A stretch of DNA of 32,000 nucleotides, taken from Geobacter sulfurreducens PCA. GTDB taxonomy: Bacteria > Desulfobacterota > Desulfuromonadia > Geobacterales > Geobacteraceae. The notes under the pieces were generated by a model. The model had not been told where the DNA came from. It worked only from the letters and a program-made list of their open reading frames with translations, and ran no database searches. A program made the position numbers and the translations under genes. Below are positions 9,868 through 18,081 of the stretch, piece by piece. The DNA lies in NCBI RefSeq assembly GCF_000007985.2, contig NC_002939.5:3570001-3602000 (forward strand). Direction: 5' to 3'. How positions within the stretch are numbered: the stretch's first letter is position 1; every line of letters begins with the position of its first letter.

Positions 9868-11090
9868 TCCGCCCCGCCTGGCTCACCCGCCCCAGTCTCT
9901 CCTGGGCACTCTACGACTTCGCCAACACAATCTTCTCCATGAGCGTGGTGACGCTCTATTTCCCCTTGTTCCTCGTCCAGACCCTGGGCTACCGCGAGTA
10001 CTGGCTCTCCCTGGGGCTATCGCTCTCCATGGGACTTGCCGCCGTGGCCAGCCCCTTCGTGGGGAGCGCCTCCGATCGGCGCATCGGCAAAAACGTGATA
10101 CTGGCGGTCGCCACATCCCTCTGCTGCATCGCAACCCTTCTCATTCCCGCGTCGGGGCATCTGGCAGGCGTCCTTGCCGCCTTCGTGGCCGCCAACTTCC
10201 TCTACCAGGTATCCCTCGTGGCCTACGATTCACTCCTCCCTTCGGCCACCGACGAAGGGCACTATGGACCGGTATCCGGATTCGGCGTTGCCCTGGGCTA
10301 CATCGGAACGTTCCTGGCGTTGATCATCGGCAAACTCTTGGTGACCACCCCGGCGGACAATGGCCGGGTATTCCTGCCCACGGCGATCTGCTTTCTCCTT
10401 TTCGCCCTGCCCTGCTTCTTCGTCAAAGACCTGAAACGCAGCCAAACCTCCCCGATCCGGGTTGCCGACACGGCCCGGGAAATCATCCGCGACCGGGACC
10501 TGCGCTGGTACTTCGCCGGCCACCTGCTCTACCTGGACGCGGTGAACACCGTGATTGCCTTCATGGCCGTCTTTCTGGTGAAAGTGGGAGGGTTCTCCCA
10601 GGAAGCGGGGGAAGTGAACTATTTCCTCATGTTCTCGACCATCTTCGCGGTCATCGGCGGTCTCTTCTGGGGGTGGCTCGTGCGACGCCGGGGGGCGCGG
10701 GTGGGGCTCCTGGCGACCCTTGCCCTCTGGATCGTCGCCCTCGGCATGGTCTGCCTGCCACTGGCCAAGGAACACTACTGGATACTGGGTCCCCTTTCCG
10801 GCATCGCCCTGGGAGGGGTCTGGGCGTGCGACCGGCCGCTGCTCCTGGACATGGTCCCCCGGGAACGGGCCGGGAGCTTCTTCGGCTTCTACTACCTCAC
10901 CGGCAAGTTCTCGTCGGTGGTGGGACCATTGCTGTTCGGCGCCATCCTCGCGCTCCCCCTCGGCACCGAGGCGATCCGCTACCGGCTCGCCTTCTTCTCG
11001 CTGCTTATCATGGTAATCGTCGCCACGGCCTGTATCGCCCGCATCCGCCCGAAGCAGGCCGCGCCGCAGCTTCAGGCCGGCGACCCGTGA
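9864..11090 (+). CDS. MFS transporter (UMF1/Atg22-like family)
   Basis: The in-frame ATG at 9864 forms an ATGA overlap with the PilZ gene stop. The N-terminus MIRPAWLTRPSLSWALYDFANTIFSMSVV is typical of the UMF1 subfamily. About 12 hydrophobic helices. The 9654 start in the track would overlap 210 nt of the upstream gene. Confidence 0.82.
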   Translation: MIRPAWLTRPSLSWALYDFANTIFSMSVVTLYFPLFLVQTLGYREYWLSLGLSLSMGLAAVASPFVGSASDRRIGKNVILAVATSLCCIATLLIPASGHLAGVLAAFVAANFLYQVSLVAYDSLLPSATDEGHYGPVSGFGVALGYIGTFLALIIGKLLVTTPADNGRVFLPTAICFLLFALPCFFVKDLKRSQTSPIRVADTAREIIRDRDLRWYFAGHLLYLDAVNTVIAFMAVFLVKVGGFSQEAGEVNYFLMFSTIFAVIGGLFWGWLVRRRGARVGLLATLALWIVALGMVCLPLAKEHYWILGPLSGIALGGVWACDRPLLLDMVPRERAGSFFGFYYLTGKFSSVVGPLLFGAILALPLGTEAIRYRLAFFSLLIMVIVATACIARIRPKQAAPQLQAGDP

Positions 11091-11121
11091 TACCCCATGC
11101 ATGTTCGGAAAAGGAGTAATC

Positions 11122-11799
11122 ATGAAAAAAGACATCCTTGAAAAGGGGGCCATCCTCCAGCGTGACCGGGAGACCTACGCCATCGCCCCCCACATCCCCG
11201 GCGGGATCACCGATACGGCAACCCTGCGCAAGCTCTGCGATGTGGCCGACAAGTACGGCGTGAAGGAGTTGAAGCTCACCTCTGCCCAACGCATCGCCCT
11301 CTTCGGCGTAAAGGAGGAGGATCTGGACGCCATCTGGTCCGATCTCGACCAGCAGCCGGGCGCAGCCATCGGCCTCTGCGTCCGGAGCGTCAAGATCTGT
11401 CCCGGCACCACCTGGTGCAAGCGGGGTGTGCAGGATTCGGTCTCCCTGGGATTGAAGATCGATGCCATCTACCACGCCATGGAACTGCCCAACAAAATGA
11501 AGATGGGGATTTCAGGATGCATGCTCAACTGCGCCGAGACCATGCTGAAGGATGTGGGAGTGGTCGGTACTCCCAAGGGGTGGCGGATCTACGTGGGGGG
11601 CAATGCGGGGGCACGGCCCCGCATCGGCGACCTCCTGGTGGAACTGGGTCCGGATGAAGACAAGGTTCTCGCCGTGATTGCGGACCTTGTGGAGTGGTAC
11701 CGCTCTTCGGGCAGCGAGCAGCGGCTGGGCCGCGTGGTGGAGCAGATGGGGTTCGACGCCTTCAAAACCGCCGTGCTGGGAGCGAAAGCAACCCCCTGA
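11122..11799 (+). CDS. Small sirohaem/[4Fe-4S] sulfite- or nitrite-reductase-like protein (~225 aa, low-molecular-weight assimilatory SiR type)
   Basis: AAGGAG RBS 5 nt before the ATG at 11122. Cys motifs CPGTTWC (CX5C) and CMLNC (CX3C) form the sirohaem-FeS ligand pattern. Confidence 0.8.
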   Translation: MKKDILEKGAILQRDRETYAIAPHIPGGITDTATLRKLCDVADKYGVKELKLTSAQRIALFGVKEEDLDAIWSDLDQQPGAAIGLCVRSVKICPGTTWCKRGVQDSVSLGLKIDAIYHAMELPNKMKMGISGCMLNCAETMLKDVGVVGTPKGWRIYVGGNAGARPRIGDLLVELGPDEDKVLAVIADLVEWYRSSGSEQRLGRVVEQMGFDAFKTAVLGAKATP

Positions 11800-11832
11800 G
11801 CCCCGCGGCTGACAGCGATTCCGCCGGTATGA

Positions 11833-14800
11833 TCAAAAAAGGTCCAGCTGCTCCCCCTTCGGCTTCCGCCGGCCGCCACGGCCCGGCTCCGGCTGCCGGA
11901 TCAACCGTCCAGGGATTTCTCCCGCGAAGCGGGAAAGCGGCCGCTCAGCAGGACTGACCCAGGGGCGTTCAGAGGAGGCGCTGAGCACGAGCGTCTCCTT
12001 CGCCCGGGTCATACCCACATAGAAAAGCCGCCGTTCCTCCTCCACATCCACGTCCCGCCAGAGAGTGCACGGGATAAGCCCCTCCTCGCACCCCGCCAGG
12101 AAGACCACGGGGAATTCCAGACCCTTGGAGGCATGGAGCGTCATGAGCGCCACCGCCTCGGCCCGCTCGTCATAAACCGTTTCGGCGGCATACTCCCGCA
12201 GATGCCGGTCAAAGGCGACGATGTCCCGGCCGAAGCTTCCGGCAAGGGCCAGGAGCCGCCTACAGTCGGCATGCCCCTGATCCGTGCCGAACAGGGTCAG
12301 GGCTTCACCCAGGGCCGGAGCAATTCCCTCACGACCGGCCACGGACCGGAAGCGTTCAAGGAGAGCAGTCAGCTCGGCCATCCGATGCGCAACAGGGGGC
12401 GGCAGCTCGACACCGGCCACGAGCGCCGGGAAATCGCCGGTCAGGGGAAGGGCCTCTTCCAGCCGGCGGATGGTACCCTCGCCGACCCCCGGCAGATCCT
12501 GTGCCAGAGCCAGCCAGTCGGCCAGCTCCGTACTCCCCGCCGCTGCTCGGACAAACCGGGTGGCCGCGCCCGCGACCGGGCCGAGGAAGTAGGGAACGGC
12601 GCCCACCAACTGGAACGGAATCCCCCGCCGGTCCAGGGCGTTGGCCAACTCGTCGGCCTGCCGCGCCAACCGGTAGAGTATGGCGATGTCGCCGAAGCTC
12701 CGGCGGCTGTCCTGGTCGCCGCCCCGCCCCGAGGCGATGGAGAAACTGCTGATCCCCCCCATGAGCTCCTCGATGCGCCGAACGATAAACTCGGCCTCCG
12801 CCGCCGGCGTCGGAGCCCTGTACAACTCGATCGCTCCCTCCCGCGCCGTGGTAGGCGTTAGACTGATGCCGCTCCTGAGCCGGTTGTGGGCGATGACGGC
12901 CGATGCGGCCTCGACGAGGGGCGCCGCCGACCGGTAGTTGCGGCTGAGGTCCAGCCGCCGGGTGGCGGGAAGGTCGGCGAAACGGAAGAAAAAAGAGGGA
13001 TCACTACCCCGGAAGCCATAGATGGCCTGGTCTGGGTCGCCGATGGCGAAGATCGTGGCCTCTTCCCCCAGTATCTCCACCAAGGCGTACTGGGGAGCGT
13101 TCAGGTCCTGGAATTCGTCCACGAAGAGATGGGCGACGCCGGCGCACACCCGCCGCCGGAAGGTCTCGTCGCCTCTCAGGCGGCGGACCAGGGCCGGGAC
13201 CACGTCGTCCAAGTCCATGGCGCCGCGCCGGGCCAGTTCGTCAAGATAGAAACGCACCGGCTCCGGTGCGTCCCCGCCATTGTCGCGATGCAGAAAATCG
13301 GCGATCTCCGCGGCCAAGCCGCTTCGCTCCCGGACACCGATTTCGGGAAAGAGGCGCCGCAACAGCCGCTCCCGGCTTTCGTCCCCCACCACGACCCGGT
13401 CGGGCTCCTCGCGCCTGAGCCAGTCGAGGCAGAAGCGGTGAAAAGTGCCGACAAACACCTGTCCGGCAGCCTCGCCCGCCACCGCGGCCAATCGCTCCCG
13501 CACCTCGGCGGCTGCCCGGTTCGTGAAGGTGATGGCGCAGACCCGGGCCGGGTCCGTGCCCGGCGCAGCAAGCAGTGCCGCAAGCCGCGCCACCAGGGTG
13601 TAGGTTTTGCCGGTACCCGGTCCAGCGGCCACCAGCACCCGGGATGCATCGCAGGCGAGCGCCTCGGCCTGGCCGGGATCGGGTCCCGCGGCAGGCGCCG
13701 GATCGGGCGGGGTCACCGATCTCCGCCCGCTGGCTGCCGGAGGCCGGCTGATCGCTTTGGAACGCCCCCGCCGGGATGGAGCGCCGTCGCTGAAAAGCCC
13801 CCCCTGTCCTGACAGCCGAGCCACCTCACCCTCCTCGAAGACCTTGATGGTTCCGTACTCGCCGTCAAAGCCCCCCTGGCGGATCACCCGGCCCTCCCTC
13901 ATCCGGACGATCGCCTCGGCCAGAACCGGCGACACGACGGCAATCTCGCCAGGATCGACCCGGAGGAGGATATCCAACTCCGAACCGAACCGCTCGATCA
14001 GCCGGACGTAGTGGCTCATGACCTGCTTGGAGGCCGGGCCCACTCCGAGGATTTCTCCCACCACTTCCGTCAGCGGCGCCAGGCTGAAAAACGTAGGGGC
14101 ATCGTCGGGAAAGAGCGGCGTATCCCGGTCGGCCAGTTCCAGCACCCGGTGGAGCACCCCCACAGTGAGGGGACGGCCGCACACGGGGCAGCGTCCCCCA
14201 TGCCGGCGCGTCTCGTCGGGCTCGAAGCGGATGCCGCAGTCCCGGTGGCCGTCCATGTGGTACTTCCCTTCCTCGGGAAAGAATTCCACGGTACCGCGGA
14301 AGGTTTCGCGGTGGTTGCCCTTCAGGGCGTCGCGCAGTGAAAAGAAATCGAAGCCGGTGCTGAAGAGATTGGCCTCGCGCCCCAGTCGGGACGGGGAATG
14401 GCAGTCAGAATTGGAGATGAGGGCAAACCGGTCGAGGGCGGAAATCAGCCGGTTCATGTCCGGATCGGACGAAAGGCCGGTTTCCAGGGCAAAGACGTGA
14501 GGGGCAAGGTCGCCGAAGCACTCTTCCACCGTATCGAAGCCGGACTTGGAGCCGAACAGGGAAAACCAGGGGGTCCAGATGTGGGCCGGCACCAGGAATC
14601 CGTCCGGCGTGGCCTCCAGCAGGATTTCCAGCAGATTCCGGGAGTCGAGGCCTAGGATGGGGCGGCCGTCGGACTCGATATTGCCGATGCCGGCCAACCG
14701 GGCGTTGACCCGTTCGGCAGCGGCAAAGTCGGGGACGTAGAGGAGGTTGTGGACCTTGCGCACCGCCCCGTGCCGCTTGTAGATGCAGCTGATCTCCGCG

Positions 14801-15069
14801 GTGAGCATGAAACGGACCGGTGCGGTTGAAGGAGCGAGTCCGGCCAAGGGGGCGGGGGCATTCTCGTCCCGCAGCCTGAAGAAGCCCGGTTCGGCCGGCT
14901 CCAACACCTCCCGCAGCCGGGCAAACCACCCCGGATGGGTAAAGTCGCCCGTGCCCACCACCTGAATCCCCTTCACCCTCGCCCACCCGGCAAGCCCGGC
15001 AGGGTCGCACTCCTTGCTCGTTGCCCGGGAAAAGGGCGAATGGATATGGAGATCGGCGCAATAGTCCAT
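11833..15069 (-). CDS. Fusion protein: N-terminal EndoQ-like PHP-domain nuclease plus C-terminal UvrD/PcrA-type SF1 helicase
   Basis: N-terminal ~415 aa (aa 1 to ~415): DLHIHSPFSRATS, PAHIWTPWFSLFGSKSGFD, ETGLSSDP, SNSDCHS, FFPEEGKYHMDGHRDC...CPVCG, GGFDGEYG. Next is a Pro/Ala/Arg linker. Helicase part: AGPGTGKT (13603-13626), VDEFQDLN, GDPDQAIYGFRG, LSRNYRS, HASKGLEF, YVGMTRA. Confidence 0.88.
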   Translation of the reverse strand: MDYCADLHIHSPFSRATSKECDPAGLAGWARVKGIQVVGTGDFTHPGWFARLREVLEPAEPGFFRLRDENAPAPLAGLAPSTAPVRFMLTAEISCIYKRHGAVRKVHNLLYVPDFAAAERVNARLAGIGNIESDGRPILGLDSRNLLEILLEATPDGFLVPAHIWTPWFSLFGSKSGFDTVEECFGDLAPHVFALETGLSSDPDMNRLISALDRFALISNSDCHSPSRLGREANLFSTGFDFFSLRDALKGNHRETFRGTVEFFPEEGKYHMDGHRDCGIRFEPDETRRHGGRCPVCGRPLTVGVLHRVLELADRDTPLFPDDAPTFFSLAPLTEVVGEILGVGPASKQVMSHYVRLIERFGSELDILLRVDPGEIAVVSPVLAEAIVRMREGRVIRQGGFDGEYGTIKVFEEGEVARLSGQGGLFSDGAPSRRGRSKAISRPPAASGRRSVTPPDPAPAAGPDPGQAEALACDASRVLVAAGPGTGKTYTLVARLAALLAAPGTDPARVCAITFTNRAAAEVRERLAAVAGEAAGQVFVGTFHRFCLDWLRREEPDRVVVGDESRERLLRRLFPEIGVRERSGLAAEIADFLHRDNGGDAPEPVRFYLDELARRGAMDLDDVVPALVRRLRGDETFRRRVCAGVAHLFVDEFQDLNAPQYALVEILGEEATIFAIGDPDQAIYGFRGSDPSFFFRFADLPATRRLDLSRNYRSAAPLVEAASAVIAHNRLRSGISLTPTTAREGAIELYRAPTPAAEAEFIVRRIEELMGGISSFSIASGRGGDQDSRRSFGDIAILYRLARQADELANALDRRGIPFQLVGAVPYFLGPVAGAATRFVRAAAGSTELADWLALAQDLPGVGEGTIRRLEEALPLTGDFPALVAGVELPPPVAHRMAELTALLERFRSVAGREGIAPALGEALTLFGTDQGHADCRRLLALAGSFGRDIVAFDRHLREYAAETVYDERAEAVALMTLHASKGLEFPVVFLAGCEEGLIPCTLWRDVDVEEERRLFYVGMTRAKETLVLSASSERPWVSPAERPLSRFAGEIPGRLIRQPEPGRGGRRKPKGEQLDLF

Positions 15070-15152
15070 GGCAGCGGTACCCCCTGGTGGTGATCGCTAA
15101 AGCGCGTCAACCGTACATGGTCAGACTATCACCTGTCCACCCCTTTTTCCCC

Positions 15153-15281
15153 TCACTTCTTATCGCAGCATCCCCCCTCGCACCCCTGGCAATGCCCCTT
15201 CTTCTTCCAGACGGAGCGGTAGAGGAGCCAAGCCGCCACCCCGAGGATGGCGGCCGAGATGATCATGTCGGTGGTTCCCAT
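15153..15281 (-). CDS. FeoB-associated Cys-rich membrane mini-protein (42 aa), not in the ORF track
   Basis: The ATG lies 3 nt after the feoB stop. My hand translation is MGTTDMIISAAILGVAAWLLYRSVWKKKGHCQGCEGGCCDKK. It has one TM helix followed by a basic, Cys-rich tail, as in the FeoB-associated Cys-rich family. Confidence 0.7.
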   Translation of the reverse strand: MGTTDMIISAAILGVAAWLLYRSVWKKKGHCQGCEGGCCDKK

Positions 15282-15284
15282 GGT

Positions 15285-17528
15285 TTACCCTCCCAGGCCA
15301 AGGAGTGTTCCCCCCTGGTAGACGATAAATGCCACCCCCCAGGCCAGGGCCGTCTGGTAGAGGAAGGCAACCCCGAACCACTTCCAGGAACCGAACTCCT
15401 GGCGCATGGCGATGGCCACCACCACGCACGGCATGTAGAGGAGCACGAAGCACATGAAGGCGTAGGCCGAAAGCGGCGTGAACGCCTGACCCACCGCAGC
15501 CTTGAGGGATGTCTGATCCTCCTCTTCCTCGGCCGCTCCGCCGATGCCGAGGGTTGTGGTGACTGCGGTCTTGGCCGCAACACCGAAGGAGACGGCGATC
15601 TCCTTCAGATCCTCGCCCAGGGTCGGGGCCGGGGCCTCACTCTTCTCCTTTTCCTTCTTCTCGGGAGCGTAGATCTCGCCCATGGTCCCCACGACGATTT
15701 CCTTGGCAATGACGCCGGTAATGAGGGAGGAGGCCGCCTCCCAGGTGCCGAAGCCCAGGGGTGCAAGAGCCGGTGCCACCACCTGGCCCGCCTGGCCCAG
15801 GCACGAATCCTTCTTGTTCTCCACTCCCCAGGGGAGGTTAAGGAGGAACCAGACAAAAATCGAAACCGCCAGGATATAGGTTCCCGCCTTGATCAGAAAG
15901 TGCTTCCCCTTCTCCCAGGTGTGGAGGCAGAGGCTCCTGAACGAAGGCATCCGGTAGGGGGGAAGTTCCATGATGAACATTGGCGCCTCGCCCCGGAAGA
16001 GCGTCTTCTTGAAGATGAGCCCCATGGCCATGGCAAGGACGATCCCCATGACATAGAGGGACCAGATCACCGTGCCGGAGTTGGCGGCGAAGAAGGTGCC
16101 GGCAAAGAGGACGTAGACCGGCAGCCGCGCCCCGCACGACATGAGGGGCAGCAGAAGCGCGGTCAGCGCCTTGTCCCGGGGATTCTCAAGGGTGCGCGTC
16201 GCGTAGATGCCCGGGACGTTGCAGCCGAAGCCCAGGAGCATGGGGATGAACGATTTGCCGTGGAGGCCGATGGCGTGCATGGCCCGGTCCATGACAAAGG
16301 CCGCCCGCGCCATGTAGCCGCTCCCCTCCAGGAAGGTGATGAAGAACATCATGGCAAAGATAACCGGGACAAAGACCAGGACAAATCCGACCCCAGCGAT
16401 GACGCCGTCGTTCACCAGCGAGACGGTCCAGTCGGGAGCGCCGATCCCCCCGAGGATTGCTTCGGACCACCGCTTGAAGGGACCGCCCGCCATGCCGTCG
16501 ATCCAGTCGGCAAAGGGAGAGGATAGGTCGAAGGTGAGCTTGAACACCAACCACATGGCGGCCAGGAAGATGGGTATCCCCAGGAACCGGTTCAGAACGA
16601 TTCGGTCGATCTTTTCGGTGAGCTCCATCCGCCGCAGTTCAGGCTTTTTCAATACCTCGCGGGTGAGGCCGGATGCCAGGCCGTAACGGGCATCGGCCAT
16701 GAGGGCTTCGATATCTTCGCCGTGAGCCCGGCGCAGGTGATGGAGCGCCTCGTCAAGCATGGCGTCGTGGCCGAAGTTCGCCTCTTTCGCAACGTGGCCG
16801 TCTCCTTCCATGAGCTTCAGCACCAGCCAGCGCGGCGGATACTTTTCGACGAGTTGCGGATGATTCTTCCCGAGGGCGCTCTCCACGAACTCGGCCGCGG
16901 TCTCGATATCCTCGCCATAGTTGAGGCGGGCCGGAGTGTGAACCGCGGGATCGTCCGCCGTCCTGTCAACCCCGGCCAGCAGCTCGTCAAGGCCGCTCCT
17001 CCTGGTGGCTGAGGTGGGGACGACCGTGATGCCGAGCATCTGCTCGATTCCTTTCACGTCGATAGCGTACCCCTTGGCCTCGGCCTCGTCATAGATGTTG
17101 AGGGCCATCACCAACGGGATCCCCAACTCCAGGAGCTGCACCGTGAGGTAGAGGTTTCGTTCCAGGTTGGTGGCATCCACCACGTTGATGATCAGGTCGG
17201 GGCGTTCGTGGACTAGGTAATCGCGCGCGATGATCTCTTCCTGGGTATAGGGGGAGAGGGAGTAGGTGCCGGGGAGGTCCACCAGCCGGATCTTCCGCCC
17301 CTGGAACTCGAAGGATGCCTCTTTTTTCTCTACGGTGACGCCGGCCCAGTTCCCTACCTGGAGACGGGTACCGGCAATGGCGTTGATCAGGGTCGACTTG
17401 CCCGAGTTGGGGTTGCCGGCCACTGCCACGGTTATCGCCCGCTTCGTCACGGGACGCAGGAAGGCCTTCTGCCCATCACCCTGTTCATCCTCCGTCAGGC
17501 CATTCCTCTTTTTCGCCTGCACGCTCAT
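15285..17528 (-). CDS. feoB: Ferrous iron transporter FeoB
   Basis: N-terminal G-domain GNPNSGKSTL, DLPGTYSL and NIYD, then a polytopic membrane domain. 747 aa. ATGA overlap with the upstream feoA. Confidence 0.97.
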   Translation of the reverse strand: MSVQAKKRNGLTEDEQGDGQKAFLRPVTKRAITVAVAGNPNSGKSTLINAIAGTRLQVGNWAGVTVEKKEASFEFQGRKIRLVDLPGTYSLSPYTQEEIIARDYLVHERPDLIINVVDATNLERNLYLTVQLLELGIPLVMALNIYDEAEAKGYAIDVKGIEQMLGITVVPTSATRRSGLDELLAGVDRTADDPAVHTPARLNYGEDIETAAEFVESALGKNHPQLVEKYPPRWLVLKLMEGDGHVAKEANFGHDAMLDEALHHLRRAHGEDIEALMADARYGLASGLTREVLKKPELRRMELTEKIDRIVLNRFLGIPIFLAAMWLVFKLTFDLSSPFADWIDGMAGGPFKRWSEAILGGIGAPDWTVSLVNDGVIAGVGFVLVFVPVIFAMMFFITFLEGSGYMARAAFVMDRAMHAIGLHGKSFIPMLLGFGCNVPGIYATRTLENPRDKALTALLLPLMSCGARLPVYVLFAGTFFAANSGTVIWSLYVMGIVLAMAMGLIFKKTLFRGEAPMFIMELPPYRMPSFRSLCLHTWEKGKHFLIKAGTYILAVSIFVWFLLNLPWGVENKKDSCLGQAGQVVAPALAPLGFGTWEAASSLITGVIAKEIVVGTMGEIYAPEKKEKEKSEAPAPTLGEDLKEIAVSFGVAAKTAVTTTLGIGGAAEEEEDQTSLKAAVGQAFTPLSAYAFMCFVLLYMPCVVVAIAMRQEFGSWKWFGVAFLYQTALAWGVAFIVYQGGTLLGLGG

Positions 17529-17752
17529 GCCATCACCTCCACCGCGATCCCTTCCGCCTCATTCTTGCGGAGCGACAGATTGTAGTTCTTGATCGACACC
17601 TCGATGGGATCGCCGAGGGGGGCGATCTTGATTACCCGCACCTCTTCCCCCACCAGAACACCCATATCCATGAGTCGCCGCTTCAGGGGGCCGATCGCTC
17701 CGATGGCGGTAATCCGCCCCTTTTCCCCCGGCCTGAGCTTTGCCAGATTCAT
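17525..17752 (-). CDS. feoA: FeoA-family protein
   Basis: 75 aa. LRPGEKGRITAI...RRLMDMGVLVGEEV is the FeoA/SH3-like pattern. GAGGAGG RBS. Confidence 0.9.
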   Translation of the reverse strand: MNLAKLRPGEKGRITAIGAIGPLKRRLMDMGVLVGEEVRVIKIAPLGDPIEVSIKNYNLSLRKNEAEGIAVEVMA

Positions 17753-17755
17753 CGT

Positions 17756-18010
17756 TTACCTCCTCACCATTATTTTCATTGCCATGCCGCGGTCGACGGC
17801 GATTCGCGATTCATCCACCTTTACAAGCACCGGCCCGCTGCTGTTGTTGAGCATCTCAACCCGCTTGCCGACGCGTAGCCCCATGTCCTCTACCCGGACA
17901 TCGCCCTTCTCCCGTTCGTCCCGGCAGAGGCCGCTACAGTGGGGCTTGATGGTTCTGACTTCGACAATCTCCCCGTCCTCGCCGGGGTTCAGCAGTCCCA
18001 GGGGTATCAT
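17756..18010 (-). CDS. feoA: FeoA-family protein (second copy)
   Basis: I prefer the internal ATG at 18010, which has an AAGGAG RBS 6 nt upstream. The 18031 start abuts a strong hairpin and has no RBS. LNPGEDGEIVEV...MGLRVGKRVEM is the FeoA pattern. Confidence 0.82.
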   Translation of the reverse strand: MIPLGLLNPGEDGEIVEVRTIKPHCSGLCRDEREKGDVRVEDMGLRVGKRVEMLNNSSGPVLVKVDESRIAVDRGMAMKIMVRR

Positions 18011-18032
18011 GGGAACTCCTTTCGTGAACATT

Positions 18033-18063
18033 CCGGCAGGGGGTGCTTCATTCCCCCTGCCGG
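18033..18063 (-). other. Intercistronic stem-loop between the porin gene and feoA
   Basis: Perfect 11-bp stem CCGGCAGGGGG/CCCCCTGCCGG with a 9-nt loop and no U-tract on the transcribed (minus) strand. Confidence 0.5.
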
Positions 18064-18081
18064 GGTTGTCGGAATATGCCG

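Noticed and set aside
15021-16526. 501-aa plus-strand ORF
   Set aside because: It is a shadow ORF antisense to feoB, whose identity on the minus strand is unambiguous. The composition is Gly/Arg/His/Asp-rich, which is typical of antisense frames in high-GC DNA. The same reasoning applies to 4138..5118 (+), 5464..6717 (-), 8254..9168 (-), 10230..11153 (-), 12886..13812 (+), 23164..24183 (-) and 29156..30034 (-).
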